From Octopus vulgaris (lineage: Eukaryota), in NCBI GenBank assembly GCA_951406725.2, contig OX597831.1:24304001-24368000 (forward strand): 64,000 nt of DNA, written 5' to 3'. This document shows, piece by piece, positions 24,401 to 38,311 of the stretch. The translations under genes and the position numbers were made by a program. Each line of letters begins with the position of its first letter. Position 1 is the first letter of the stretch. The notes under the pieces were generated by a model. The model saw only the letters and a program-made list of their open reading frames with translations. It searched no databases and was not told where the DNA came from.

Positions 24401-26489
24401 CCTTCTCTATGTTGACAAATCAATACCACCATTATCACTCAAAGTAAATGTGTTTTAGTGGTGGTCATTTCACTTTTTTTTGATAATCCTAACCTTTGTT
24501 GTCACTCAAAAATGATAGAAGGAATGCTTGTGTTGACGATAGTGGTGGACCAACTGATATGAATTGCTGAAAGCCTTTAGTGAGCAATGTAGACTTTCTG
24601 AAACATGTATACATGAAGCATACTTACCAATGCATAGCCTTGCATGCCTGCACCTCTATCACAATCACATACACGGGTATAAACACACATTTCCTGGCAC
24701 ACTCGCACACAAGCACACGAATTCGCATGCATACATGCATACATTTTAGATGCATTTGCATGCATTCATACAAACATGTATTATTCTCTATGATGAGAAG
24801 TTATTTAATTTTCTTCTGTACAACCAAAAGAATCGGTTCCTCAGAAGAAAGTCGGAACAATATCCTCTACTCTTGCATATAGCTTAAATCTTGCACTTGT
24901 AATCAAATACTCACAGGCTAATCCCTCTCATAAATCTGATTAAACAAGTCTTCCCGAAGACAGCTGAATGCTGTTATTTTTGTTATTTTTGTTATTTTGT
25001 TATTTGTTGCTCTTTTTTTTTTCCATGTCTATAACATGTTCTTTACAAGAAATTTTCCTGGGTTTCTGTTTAGGTCTCTTCTTAACTTCAATTTTTTTAA
25101 CAATTTTTCTTTTGTTTTTTTTTTTTTGTTTTTTTCCCATATTTTTTCCCATTTCGTTTTATCACCTTTTTTTTTTACATTATTCGTTTTCTTGCAAATT
25201 ATTCTTCCCGATAAAATTGTAAAAAAACAGAAGCAAAGCAGGAACACCAACACTGCATCTCTAAGAATATGAAGCCACAACACGTTACGCAAAATAGACG
25301 GAAAATATGTAAAAAATGCAAAGGATTTATAGCTAATATTTCTCTTTATACAACTATCTTACTAACGAATTTTTCAAAATATTAGATAATGCTAAACACT
25401 TTATCTTTTGTTTTAGTTTTGTATCATTATTATATCTATGTTTTTATTTTTTTTATACTTTTATTGTTTAGAAAAATGGTGGGTAACTAGCAGCTAAATT
25501 ACAGGACAAGAGAGGTTGTTCCTTGCAAAATGGATTAAAGCATGCTATCTACCCCGTATCAATTCTTATTTGGAGTTACTGCCTTCCAAGCTAAGTAGGC
25601 TGTGATGTGTCTTGGATCTAAAACTACCTGAGACAAGCCTCTACCTCTTCAGTATTATCAGAAAGAGAATGATTTTATAAACAACCATATCAACCTCCAT
25701 ATCAAAGTCCTCATATAACTACCAGTCGGTAGTTCAGCCCTCAAATGGGGCTGTGAAATATGGAAAACATGCAGTTGATACTTTACAAACCAGGGAGCAT
25801 TAAAAATCCAATGTCTTCTGAAGATTATTTTCATACCTTTGATTGGATTATGTACATCAAACCAACTCTAGTAGCACTGAAATCCACATTACACTAGTCC
25901 CAATCAATTGAGATGGTTTAGCTATTTGCTGTGCATAACATTACATATTTGAGCTACATTTCAATCCCAAGGAGATTCCTTGTCTCCCACAAAGGATTAA
26001 TTTCAAGTAGTTACCCATTAGCAAATGTCTAACTGAAGTACCAAAACTACAATTCCAAGATCAGCTGAGGATCACGTCAAAGGAAACCGACAGAAAAATT
26101 TTGAGTGTGGAAGATGTCATTACACAGTCCTGTCTTTAGGAATCCTTAATCCTTTTTGAATTGTTATTGAATATAAGGAGGAGGAACAAACTCAGATGAC
26201 TTCTAGAAAAAGCAAAGCAAAAAGCCAAAAAAAAAAAACAATGCAAGATCCTTCACTCATGAGGCCTGGAAATAGGCGGTGCAGGGGATACACTTGCACC
26301 CACTAGAATTATTGTTGGTTGCAAAATCAAAATTTGCACCCCTACTTAGTTTTCTCAGGTTTAGAACACAGTGAATAAAAAAAAAATCATCTGTAAAAAG
26401 CAGCTCAAAGTTAGGCTTCTTCACAAAGAACAAAGAACAAAAATAAAAGAAAAAGAAAAATAATAAGATCTTTCTTTCTTTCTTTTCTT

Positions 26490-26899
26490 TCTTTTACTTG
26501 TTTCAGTCATTTTGACTGCGGCCATGCTGGAGCACCGCCTTTAGTCGAGCAAATCGACCCCGGGACTTATTCTTTGTAAGCCCAGTACTTATTCTATCGG
26601 TCTCTTTTTGCCGAACCGCTAAGTTACGGGGACGTAAACACACCAGCATCGGTTGTCAAGCAATGCTAGGGGGACAAACACAGACACACAAGCATACACA
26701 CATACATATATATATATATATATACATACATATATACGACAGGCTTCTTTCAGTTTCCGTCTACCAAATCCACTCACAAGGCATTGGTCGGCCCAAGGCT
26801 ATAGTAGAAGACACTTGCCCAAGATGTCATGCAGTGGGACTGAACCCGGAACCATGTGGTTGGTTAGCAAGCTACTTACCACACAGCCACTCCTGCGCC
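26490..26899 (-). mobile_element. SINE family A (young, CpG-rich copy)
   Basis: Full length with CpGs retained. It appears to sit inside a possible hAT-like MITE (~26262-26965). Confidence 0.92.
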
Positions 26900-27052
26900 T
26901 CTTGTTTATAAAAAATGCTGGACCTGGGTTTACACCCCCTAAACAAATTTCATTCCTGAGCCTGTGCTCATAAATTCTCTAAGCAACCTACCTGTTCTGT
27001 CTATGATTGATTAACACATCATAGATTGGGATCTGCTATCAACAAAGTTAAG

Positions 27053-27380
27053 GTGCCTGACTCAGTGGTTAGAGTGTCAGGCTTACAATCGCAGGATAGT
27101 GAGTTTGATTCCTGGACTGGGCTGTGTTTTGTGTTCTTGTGCAAGGCACTTCATTTGATGTTGCTCCAATTCACTCTGCTATAGGAATGAGTTGTGACGT
27201 TAGTGGTGTCAGGCTGTATCAGCCTTTGCATTTCCTTTGGATAACATCGGTGGCATGGCAAGGGGTTGCTTAAAAATGCATGGATGATTGTTGGTCTTCC
27301 ACAAACAACCTTGCACAGACTTGTGCCTTGGAAGGGAACTTTCTAAGTGCAATCCTATAGTCATTCATGACCGAAGCAGG
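27053..27380 (+). mobile_element. SINE family D
   Basis: CTCAGTGGTTAGAGTGTCAGGC...GAGTTTGATTCCTGG; body shared with 9310-9610. Confidence 0.78.
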
Positions 27381-27448
27381 GTCTATACTCTTTATCAGAA
27401 AAGTATCCACAAATGTGAATAATCATAAGCAATAAGTGCATGTATCAA

Positions 27449-27855
27449 CATCATCATCATCATCATCATCATCATCAACATCATCATCGTTTAACGTCCA
27501 CTTTCCATGCTGGCATGGGTTGGACGATTTGACTGAGGACTGGCAAACCAGATGGCTGCACCAGGATCCAGTCATGATCTGGCAGAGTTTCTACAGCTGG
27601 ATGCCCTTCCTAATGCCAACCACTTCGAGAGTATAGGGAGTGCTTTTACGTGCCACTGGCATGAAGGCCAGTCAGGCGGTACTGGAAACAACCTCGCTGG
27701 GATGTTTTTTTCACAAGTGCCAGTAAGGCGACGCTGGTAACGATCACTCTCGAATGGTGCTTTTTACGTGCACCAGCACGGAAGCCAGTTTGCTGCTCCG
27801 GCAACAATCATGCTCGGATGGTACTTTTAGCGCTCCACTAGTACGGATGCCAGTG
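27449..27855 (-). mobile_element. RTE LINE 3' UTR fragment
   Basis: (CAT)n-CGTTTAACGTCCACTTTCCATGCTGGCATGGGTTGGACG and GTGCTTTTACGTGCCA subrepeats. Confidence 0.8.
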
Positions 27856-28360
27856 TATGTGTGTTTTTATTCATGAACATTATATGTATATTTATGTATA
27901 TATAAAAATGTGCATGCATGTATGTATACACATATGTACATAAGCACACATACTCAATGTGATTGTATGTTTTAGCCACAACAACCAGCACAGCCTCCAC
28001 AAAATATTATCTTGTATAAACTAAGATATTGCAAGCAAATATATCTTTTACTGTGTATACTGTTTCCCTGGCGGAAGCTTCTGGCAAGTGTCAAGCAAAT
28101 ACTTATCATCGTGTCTACTGGGGAAGACCGATGTGTGTTTGTGTTTTGGTTCTTTTATTTATATCAGCAAAAACGTAATTACATCTGTTAACAGTGGTCA
28201 GCCTAGTAGAAAACAGATAAGTTTAAGAAAAGAAGAGCAAAAAAACAAAACCAACCAATAACTTTTCTTTAAAAAGATTCGGCTCTCTCTCTCTCTTTCT
28301 CTCTCTCACTATACACACACACATATATATACACATATAAATACTTGTATATATATGTAC

Positions 28361-28421
<61 letters not shown>

Positions 28422-28458
28422 TATATATGTATATATATATACATATGTACATATATAC

Positions 28459-28506
<48 letters not shown>

Positions 28507-28540
28507 CATATGTACATATATAAATATATATATATACATA

Positions 28541-28578
<38 letters not shown>

Positions 28579-28790
28579 CATTGTGTGTGTATGTATCCAT
28601 ACATGCATGTATGTGTATGTACATTTACACAAAGACACGCACATATATATATATGTGTGTGTGTGTATATACAAACACACACACATACATATACGTACAT
28701 ATATATATAAAAATACAGTATCATAACAATAAATTAATATTATGATATATTAAATACATTATAATATAGGTGGCTATATATCTATATCTA

Positions 28791-28891
<101 letters not shown>

Positions 28892-29249
28892 TATATATAC
28901 ACATATATATGCATACACACATATAAGTATATCAAATATGCAAGGTTATATATACAGTTTCAGTCTATAATATTGTATTACTCAGAGTTTCAGGTCGACT
29001 TTGCTTTTCATCCTTTCAGGGTTGATAAATTAAGTCCACTCTGTTCGTCAATGTAATAAATTGTTTCATTTATTTTCGGCTCATCTAGCATATGCGATGG
29101 TTATCTATCTGCTCCTCGTTTATCAGACATTGCATGCATCACACACCGAACACACACACACACAACATTAAACGTGCATCATGCACCAACACACCATCAA
29201 CACGACGTGAAGACACACACACACACACACACACATACACACACACGTG

Positions 29250-29280
<31 letters not shown>

Positions 29281-29488
29281 CTACAAGCATATATATAGAT
29301 AGATCAATATCTGTCTGAGTAGGTTCAGGTATGGCTGTGTGATTAAGAAGTTCAATTTGTAAACACGTGGTTTCAGGGTTTTCAACCATCTCTTGACTAT
29401 GGACACCTTTGTTTCCTATTTTACAATAGTCCTGGGCTGTTCAAAACCTTGTGAGAAGATTTGATAGATAGAAGCTGTAAGAATTTAA

Positions 29489-29640
29489 AATGAGGGTGAG
29501 AAATTGGATACTAATTTAATTAAATTAACATCAATATAACACCAGAGGTCTAGCATATTAAAATCTTAAGGTTCCGTAAATTGTATTATATACATACAGT
29601 GGTCATCCCTCTCATATGTATATATACATAGATATATATA

Positions 29641-29692
<52 letters not shown>

Positions 29693-30281
29693 GCCAGTCA
29701 ACCACAGTTGAAACACTCCTGTCACAACCTGGGACCTTGAACACTGCTATAATGCACTTAAGCCACTAGTCCCTTATGTCTGTCTTTGTTTGTCCCCACT
29801 ATGTTTAGCCCAAGACCTCACACAAAACACACACACACACACACTTCTCCAAGCATATATATAGAGAACAAAATAGGGAACTGGAAAGATTTGGCATATT
29901 TTTAATTCCATGTTACAAATATTTCATTCCAAGACAGGATTCAAGCAAAATCGAAATCGAATTGAACCAGCCAGGATCCCTGGTCTGGTGGTACGTAAAA
30001 GCACTATCCGACTCGTGGCCGATGCTAGCGCCGTTTCGACTGGCTTCCATGCCGGTGGCACGTAAAATACACCAATTCGACCGTGGCCGTTGCCAGCCTC
30101 GCCTGGCACCTGTGCAGGTGGCATGTAAAAACACCCACTACACTCATGGATAAAAATTTTAAATGAGGGTGAGAAATTGGATATTAACTTAATTAAATTA
30201 ACATCAATTTAATACCAGTGGTCTAGCATATTAAAATTTAGGTTCTCCGTAAATTGTATTATATACATATAGTGGTCATCC
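29489..30281 (+). repeat. Direct repeat of ~120 bp (29489-29608 and 30161-30281)
   Basis: AAATGAGGGTGAGAAATTGGATA...GGTCTAGCATATTAAAAT...GTAAATTGTATTATATACAT..AGTGGTCATCC occurs twice. Confidence 0.85.
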
Positions 30282-30302
30282 GTTAAACGATGATATATGA
30301 TG

Positions 30303-30337
<35 letters not shown>

Positions 30338-30349
30338 CATATATATATA

Positions 30350-30380
<31 letters not shown>

Positions 30381-30684
30381 ATGTATGTGTGTATGTATGT
30401 ATGTATGTATTTATGTATGTATTGTGCCAATGCCATGAATAAAGAACTTGGGCCAGAGTCACATGAATGAGTTCATGCTAGTGGCACGTTAAAAGCACCC
30501 AGCATACACTGTAAAGTGGCTGGCATTAGGAAGGGCATCCAGCTTCAAAAACCAAGTCACATCAGACCGGAACCTAGTGCAACTTCCCAGCTTGCTAGCT
30601 TTCTTCAAACCATCCAACCCATGCAACCAGGGAAAATGACATTAATTCATGATGATGATGATGATGACGATGATGATGTATATA

Positions 30685-31080
30685 TCTTTATATATAAAAG
30701 TCAAGTTGTGTGTCTGTCTCCTACGATTTAGATTCCTAACTACTCCCACATTTTGCGGTGCAGTTTAACCAAAACCGGGTATCTTATAGTCGTCATGCAT
30801 ATCGAGCCCTTCTGGGTATTAGCGCACGTCTACGATGAGTCTACGATTTAAAAAAAAATTCACCATCATTTTTTTCCATTTTAATGCATTTTTTCGCTAT
30901 TATATAAGGGAAGTAACTCTCTAAAAATGTCTACGATGAGTCAACGGTTAAAAAAAAAATTTACCGTAATTTTTTTTCCATTTTTAAAGCATTTTTTTGC
31001 TATTTTTTGGCTATAACTCTAAAAATGCTTATATAGTTATTTCCCTTACAAACCCGAGCAACGCCGGGCGATACTGCTAG
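30685..31080 (+). mobile_element. Non-autonomous Helitron, ~396 bp
   Basis: Begins TC (TCTTTATATATAAAAG), ends CTAG and sits between A and T with no TSD. It has a subterminal hairpin CCCGAGCAACGCCGGG at 31053-31068 and an internal ~100-bp duplication (GTCTACGATGAGTC...). Confidence 0.85.
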
Positions 31081-31669
31081 TGTATATATAAAACATGAAG
31101 TCAGGAGGACTGAGAGATGCAAATACAATTCTCTGAATCCATATTTTATAATGCTCTTTTATAAATAACACCTAATAGACCAGTATCTGATGAATATGTA
31201 TGTGTTCACAGTTATATGTCGTTATATACACCACACCATGTGTGTTTGTGTGTATGTTTGCATGGAAACACCTGATAAACCAGAAGCCCGTAGACAACAG
31301 TCCCATATTCAAGACAAACTGGAAGTAAATAAAATCCTGTACCATTCTGACTGTGAAAGAGGTTTTGTTTGTATCAGTCAGCATTGCTTTCATAATATTC
31401 AAGAATAAAGGCATGACACTCTCTGAGTAATAGAATGCTGTACCCTGGAACGATAACATATTTAATATTTACTCTGTGCGTGCTATTAAATAGTATTCAG
31501 TTTTTATCAGGTAGATAAAGTAATCTTGCAGTTACACTACTAAATGACTAACTACATGAATATATGCATACATACATACACACACATACACACATATATA
31601 TACATACACATAGATACACATGTACATGCATAGCATACAGATATATATATATACATATACACATATATA

Positions 31670-31703
<34 letters not shown>

Positions 31704-31708
31704 CATAC

Positions 31709-31756
<48 letters not shown>

Positions 31757-31760
31757 ATAC

Positions 31761-31798
<38 letters not shown>

Positions 31799-31811
31799 AC
31801 ATATATATATG

Positions 31812-31846
<35 letters not shown>

Positions 31847-31851
31847 GTGTG

Positions 31852-31882
<31 letters not shown>

Positions 31883-31921
31883 GCACATGTGCACACACAA
31901 ATATATATCTGTGTGTATGTA

Positions 31922-31996
<75 letters not shown>

Positions 31997-32890
31997 CATA
32001 TATATATATTTAATGTATCTATTAGTTTTGTATATGAAGTCAGATGATGTTGATTGTTGAGAAAGAGCAAAGATAACAATGACACGAACGTGAAAAAGTC
32101 TACTTCTACAAACTGTGCAACAAGAATTGGCAATAATTCTTTTACCTTGCCTTTGTTTTTTTTTTTGCATATAATTTTTTATTTTATTTTATTTTTTTTA
32201 TTCTTTGCTTTTACTTCTGTCAGAAATCATCATCATAATCTTCTACCATCTTCAGACTTCATCATCCTCATCCTCATCATCATCATCATCATCATCGTCA
32301 CCATCAGCATCACTAAAATCATCATGTCTTCTTTGCCTCCTCCTCCTCCTCCTCCTCCTCCTGCTATCCTCCAGCGTTACCACCACCACCACCACCACCT
32401 CCATCTTTTCTCTTCCTCCACCTTCTACTCCCAGCTTGTCTCTCCTCTTTGACTGGCTGACCATCTTTAAAAGTTCTTACCGATTCCAAAACGCCAGCAA
32501 CCCTTTCAGTTTGCAATACCTTCCAAAATCTATACGGCTCTATGCATCTTTTAGCATCGTATTTATTTCTGGCTTTTCTTTTCTTTTTTTTTTTTTTGGC
32601 TTTGTTTATTCTTGCACTGCTTGCTATTTTGTTGGGTTTTTTTTCATTCTTTATTTTCTTTCTTTTTTTCCCCCCCATCTCTCTCTCTCTCTCTCTTCTT
32701 ATTTATTTATTTGCTGTTAAAGATTATGCGATTGCGTGTAGTCCCTGAAGCAAAGTGACATTTAGAATTTCGTAAAAAGACACTGCAATTCTTTGCTAGA
32801 TTCTTTACACAAAATGCCTTTTGTTGAATCATCAAGGGAGGGAACTAAATGTGTTTTGTTATGTATATATTCACACACACTTGCAAACAC

Positions 32891-33044
<154 letters not shown>

Positions 33045-33850
33045 TATGTATACAAACACACAGGTCTATCTAAGTGCGTGTGTAAACATGCATGTTCCTA
33101 CATACAAACACACACAAATATGACATAGATACAATATGCATTTAAAAAAATAAACAAATCGAGATAAATGGAATTAATGTACAATTGATTTATTATTGTT
33201 GATTGTTGTTATGTTGTTATTGTTGTTATTGATATTCTTCTCCTCATTTCACCATTCTGCCATCATTCCTCCCTTCTTCTCATAATTTCAATCCTGTAAG
33301 ATATGTCAAATACTTTTTACTATAAAAATTCTAAATCTACTCAGGTGCTCTGCTTTTACCATAAATGCTGTTTTGATATATTTCACATTCTCCTCATCAT
33401 CATCATCAGCATTATCATCATCATCACCAGTTGCTGAAGACTACACCTTTTGATTTTTTTTTTTTGTTATTGGTATCACACTTCCTCGTTATCATCATCA
33501 GTTGCTGATAAGTTTTATCGTTTTTATTTATTTAATAATTTTTTTTTTAGTAACACATTTTTGGTCTTAATTTCTGTTAGTTAAATTTTAAGCTTTTATT
33601 TTTAACCCTAGGTAGATAAGTCACTACACATAATTAGTTAGATGCAGTATGTTATTTTTCAAAGTCTTAATCAAAAGTGGAAGGATTAGTATCAATGACC
33701 TTTTTCAGACTTGAGGGAAGGGGTGAAGGAAAGAGTTATTCTCAGACCGGAGATATGGCTCAGATACTTCGATGCCTTTTACAGAGTCCTGATTAGAAAT
33801 AGCAGTCTTATCTCCCCTTAAATCATACAACATCATTTTATTATTATTAT

Positions 33851-34308
33851 TGAGTGAGGGAGCAGTGCATGCCATCAAAGTGACACTGGGGTAAAATATA
33901 CAAAGCCCAGTATACTCGTCGTGACTACCTGTTTGATAAGGGCACATCAGGAACATGCATCACAACCATACGTGCGTGACATGGTGATCTCATATCAAGA
34001 TTAACAGTGCATGGCCTTGCAGGTGGGGCCCAGCTAGAATTTTCTTCAGGTCAAGTAGCCCATCCCACTCAAAAGGTCCCTGAATAAAGATTGTTTAAGG
34101 ATGTTGAACAAAACACCCATGTTTCCGAAGGTGAATTATCCAAACCCCAAAGAATTCCTCGCAACACATGGCTATGATACTCCCCCACTACTTCTGCTCA
34201 TGATCAGAGATGCATGTATTGTCAGCCACTAAGGGACATGGTCAACTGGTTAAGGTCAAACAACTGACAAGCAAATCTATGGTATTGAGCAGAATATTTG
34301 TTGTGGCC

Positions 34309-34310
<2 letters not shown>
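33851..34310. mobile_element. Unclassified ~460-bp interspersed repeat embedded in (ATT)n
   Basis: A second, truncated copy lies at 43538-43855; both begin immediately after (ATT)n with TGAGT..GAG..CAGT.CATGCCATC. Confidence 0.75.
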
Positions 34311-34339
<29 letters not shown>

Positions 34340-34353
<14 letters not shown>

Positions 34354-34606
34354 CTGCACTCAATCACCATGACTATGACTTCGCAGTTTTGGCAGGATTT
34401 GATTAGCTTTCTCCATACGGGTCCATATTTCTCTTGAGTTTGCCGTTTATTATAACCAGTGCCTTTCTATCTCATATTCCTTTTTGCAAAATCTTTGAAT
34501 CTCAGTCTTATTTATCTGTGATTTCTCTTTCCCCTGCATATTTTGGGGTAAAAGATTTGTCTGGGGAGTCTGTTGCTGTCTGTCCTAAGTACATGACCCA
34601 ACCAAT
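34340..34606 (-). mobile_element. RTE (BovB-like) LINE C-terminal fragment
   Basis: Minus strand translates WLGHVLRTDSNRLPRQIFYPKICRGKRNHR*. Confidence 0.65.
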
Positions 34607-35182
34607 TAAATTTCCATCAATGACGATGATAAAGATGATGATGATGAGGATGATGATGATACAATAATTCTGCTTCCTACATCTCAAGCAGCACATATGT
34701 TGGTTACATATTGTCACTTCCATAAACTCCTCCAGAGTTACATAGCTACTGACCAACACAGTCACTTGATCTGCTAGCAAGAGCAGTCAAATCATTCCCA
34801 TATCACATACTCTGCTATCTTAAAAGCAGTCACAGATACACTAGATAATGTGGTGACTGATACATTGAGTATGAAAAGATGGGAGGTATAGAGCTGATCA
34901 AACAGATCTAAGACCCTTTGATCCGAGATCTTGATCGTGGATGACATGTGGTTACAACATAAACAGCATCTATTAAGGATAAACTTGCAATTTCTCACAA
35001 TGTCTACAATTAAATTAATATTAAAGTCTTTGATATCAGCATAAATATCTTGGAAACCACTAGATTACTAAATCTTTGAAATTGTTATATTACTAATATA
35101 TTTGAGTATCAGAGATTTTATAATTATATAAATATCTTTCAAAGCATAATATTACTATAAACATTGGATATCTTACATATAT

Positions 35183-35259
<77 letters not shown>

Positions 35260-35658
35260 CATATAAATGTTATTTAAATATATATATATATATAAATAAA
35301 TGTATTTGATATCATTATATTACTATAGATGTTTCAGATATCATTATGTTAGCATGTAACCAAGGATATCAATATATTGATAAAATATCTTTAATTTCAG
35401 TATATAGCTATAACGTCTGAAAATTTATTATTATTATTATTATTATTATTATCATCATCATCATTATTATTAACAGCAGCAGCAGCAATATTTCACCTGA
35501 GTTCAAATTCTGCTGAGGTCAATTTTACCTTTCATCCTTCCGAGGGTTAATAAATTAAGCACCAGTGAAATACTGGGGTTGATGTAATCAACTCATCCCC
35601 CTCCTCCAAAATGGCTGCCTTTGTGGAAAAATTTGAAACCATTATTATTATCATTATT

Positions 35659-35706
<48 letters not shown>

Positions 35707-36077
35707 TTCATCATCATTATTATTATTATTATTACCATTTAGGTCATCTTCCAAAGATACCTTCCTATTTCTCTAGTACATATGTGTGTGTTGGTGTGAG
35801 GTACCTTTCTTTTGATACCTATGTATTAGCTCACTTTGCACTACTTGATGAGAAAGCAAGCTGGATGGAAGTTTCTGCTATATCTGGCAAGGACCACCTA
35901 ACCACATTCTTCTGAATTCTATTTTCTCAGTCGACTGTGGTGGCCCTTGTTGTTAACATGCTTGTTCTGTTTGACTTTAACGACTGATGGTACTATTTTG
36001 GTTTAGCACCTATTCAAAGTCTACCCCCAGAGTAGCCTTCATAGTCCTGTTGTCATTTGAACCAGAGAGTCTAGAAA

Positions 36078-36697
36078 CAGTGTTTCTCAAACATTTTTCA
36101 CCTACGGACCCCTTTGATTACTATTTACTCCAGTGGATCCCCACAGTCATTTGATGTTTTAAAATTTAGTTTTATAAATACGTTTTTCAAAATTCTTGTT
36201 TTGGTTTTTTGTACATTTGCTGTTGCAGGTTTGCCATAGCCACTCACTGAAAGAACACGTTTCAGCTGCCAGTAACATGTTGGAAAATGTTAACCCTTTC
36301 GTTACTGTATTTATTTCGAGATGCTCTGTGTTTCTTTCAATTACTTTAAATATAACAAAGAATTTAGTAAAATAACTTAGTTATCATTCAGCTAGTGTTA
36401 GGAACATAAATTGTAACTAAAGTTTGGTGGAAGATTTTAATTCAAAACTTATGAAACAAGACATTTGTACTCAGAGCCAGAGCAGGTTTCAGCCGGGTTG
36501 GTATCGAAAGGGTTAAACATTAGAAAAAAAAAAAAACTGAGTTGTTCCTTGCAATAAATACACCTAAAACAAATTTTTTTTTCATGGGCTGCTAAAATAC
36601 AACCATGGACCCCCAGTTTACTATTTTACTTGTGTTGATCCCAAAAAACCTTATATGGGCCCCCAGGGCTCATATTGAACCCGGATGAAAACCACTG
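36078..36697. mobile_element. hAT (Charlie-like) MITE
   Basis: Termini CAGTGTTTCTCAAAC / GGATGAAAACCACTG, flanked by GTCTAGAA and GTCTAGGA (NTCTAGAN-type target). Confidence 0.75.
36294..36512 (+). mobile_element. piggyBac-type MITE nested in the hAT MITE
   Basis: TTAA on both sides; TIRs CCCTTTCGTTAC / GTATCGAAAGGG. Confidence 0.88.
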
Positions 36698-36941
36698 GTC
36701 TAGGACAATATTATAGGTATGAGCTGAAGTTTCCAGGGTATTGAGCTGAAGACCAATCTTAAAATTACTCTATCCATGGTCAGATAGCTGTCTGCTGTCA
36801 TCCACTTAGTCCAGGTTCTTTAGGAATACAGCAGAGAGTTATCAAGTTCCTATAGGTATTTATAGTAAAACCCAGTTTCTGAGATATCACTGTATTACCA
36901 TATCTTGGATATAATTATATTGCTATAATGTTACACATTAG

Positions 36942-37162
36942 CCCTTTTGATACCAACCCAACTGAAACCACCTCTGGCTCTGTAGTACAAATATCTTGTT
37001 TTCATAAGTTTATAATTAAAATCTTTCACTAAACCTTAGTCACAATTTATGTTCCTAACACTAGCTGAGTGATCACTAAGTTATTCTACTAAATTCTTGG
37101 TTATATCTAAAATAATTGAAAGAAACACAGAGCATCACAAAATAAATACAGTAATAAAAGGG
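36942..37162 (-). mobile_element. piggyBac-type MITE, second copy in opposite orientation
   Basis: TTAG-CCCTTTTGATAC...AAAAGGG-TTAA; reverse complement of 36294-36512. Confidence 0.85.
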
Positions 37163-37979
37163 TTAAATATAATATATTACAATATGTTAGAATATATCAT
37201 ATGGAGACCACAATATATAACTAAGCATTTGTTATTAATATAATAATATAACATTTAAAATATGATTATCCTTGTATAATACTTGGATATCATTATATTG
37301 CTATGATATAATATCATTACATTATATCTTTTATGTAGTAATTCTATAATGACTATCACAGTTGTTAGAATCAGACAAAATACTTTGCAGTGTTTATTCC
37401 AATTTATTATGTTTTTGAGTTCAAATCCAACAAGGTCAGCTTTGCTTTCATCCTTTCTGGGTTAATAGGTAAAGAACCAGTTAAATATTAGGGCCGGAAT
37501 AAATGATTACTCCTCTTCTTCAAATTTCTTGTCTATGTTAGAAATGATTATATTATAACAATATCTTGGATATTTTTCTGATTCTATAAATAACTTGGAT
37601 ATCAGTTATATTTATACTATTATTCATAAATTATCATTATATCATTATTATATTACTACACAATTCTCTTTGATATCATTATATTAAGATAACGTCTTCA
37701 ATACAGTTATATTGTTATGACATCTTAGATGGTATTATAACTAACTTGGATATCATTGAACTAAAATAATCACTTTGATATCATTGTTGCTGCAATGTCT
37801 TTTAAACCATCATGATATTACTATAATATACCTGATATCATTGCATTCTCATCAATATTTTGATGTGATGATATTACTTGGAATGTCTTTGATATCATTC
37901 TATAAATATTTTCATCATCATCATCATTGCCGTTGTCATTATCCTCATCGTTATTGTCATCGTCGTCATCGTTGTTGTC

Positions 37980-37983
37980 ATCG

Positions 37984-38014
<31 letters not shown>

Positions 38015-38230
38015 TTAATGTCCATTTTCTATGCTGGCATGTGTTGGATGGTTCATGAGGAACTGGCGAGCTGGAAGGTCGCACCAAGATCCAATGCTTG
38101 TTTTTTTTTGCATAGATTCCACACCTAGATACTCCTCTTAATGCCAACTACTTTACAAAGTGTACCGGGGTACTTTTTATGTAGTACCAGCTCCAGTGAG
38201 GTCACTGAGTAACTTACAAGACGAGACCCC
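37980..38230 (-). mobile_element. RTE 3' UTR fragment (degenerate)
   Basis: (CAT)n-TTTAATGTCCATTTTCTATGCTGGCATGTGTTGGA. Confidence 0.65.
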
Positions 38231-38311
38231 TTGATTGACGGTGGTGGAGTATTGAGGTGGGTGGCATTACATCAGGTGATGAGAAGTTAAAGTATGATAG
38301 AAGAACGAACA

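Noticed and set aside
28062-28128. SECIS-like ATGA...GA on the minus strand
   Set aside because: The quartet is not adjacent to helix II and there is no apical AA motif.
32054-32452. ORF with poly-I, poly-P and poly-H that looks like a transcription-factor low-complexity region
   Set aside because: Built from CAT/CCT/CAC triplet runs with a non-ATG start and no domain.
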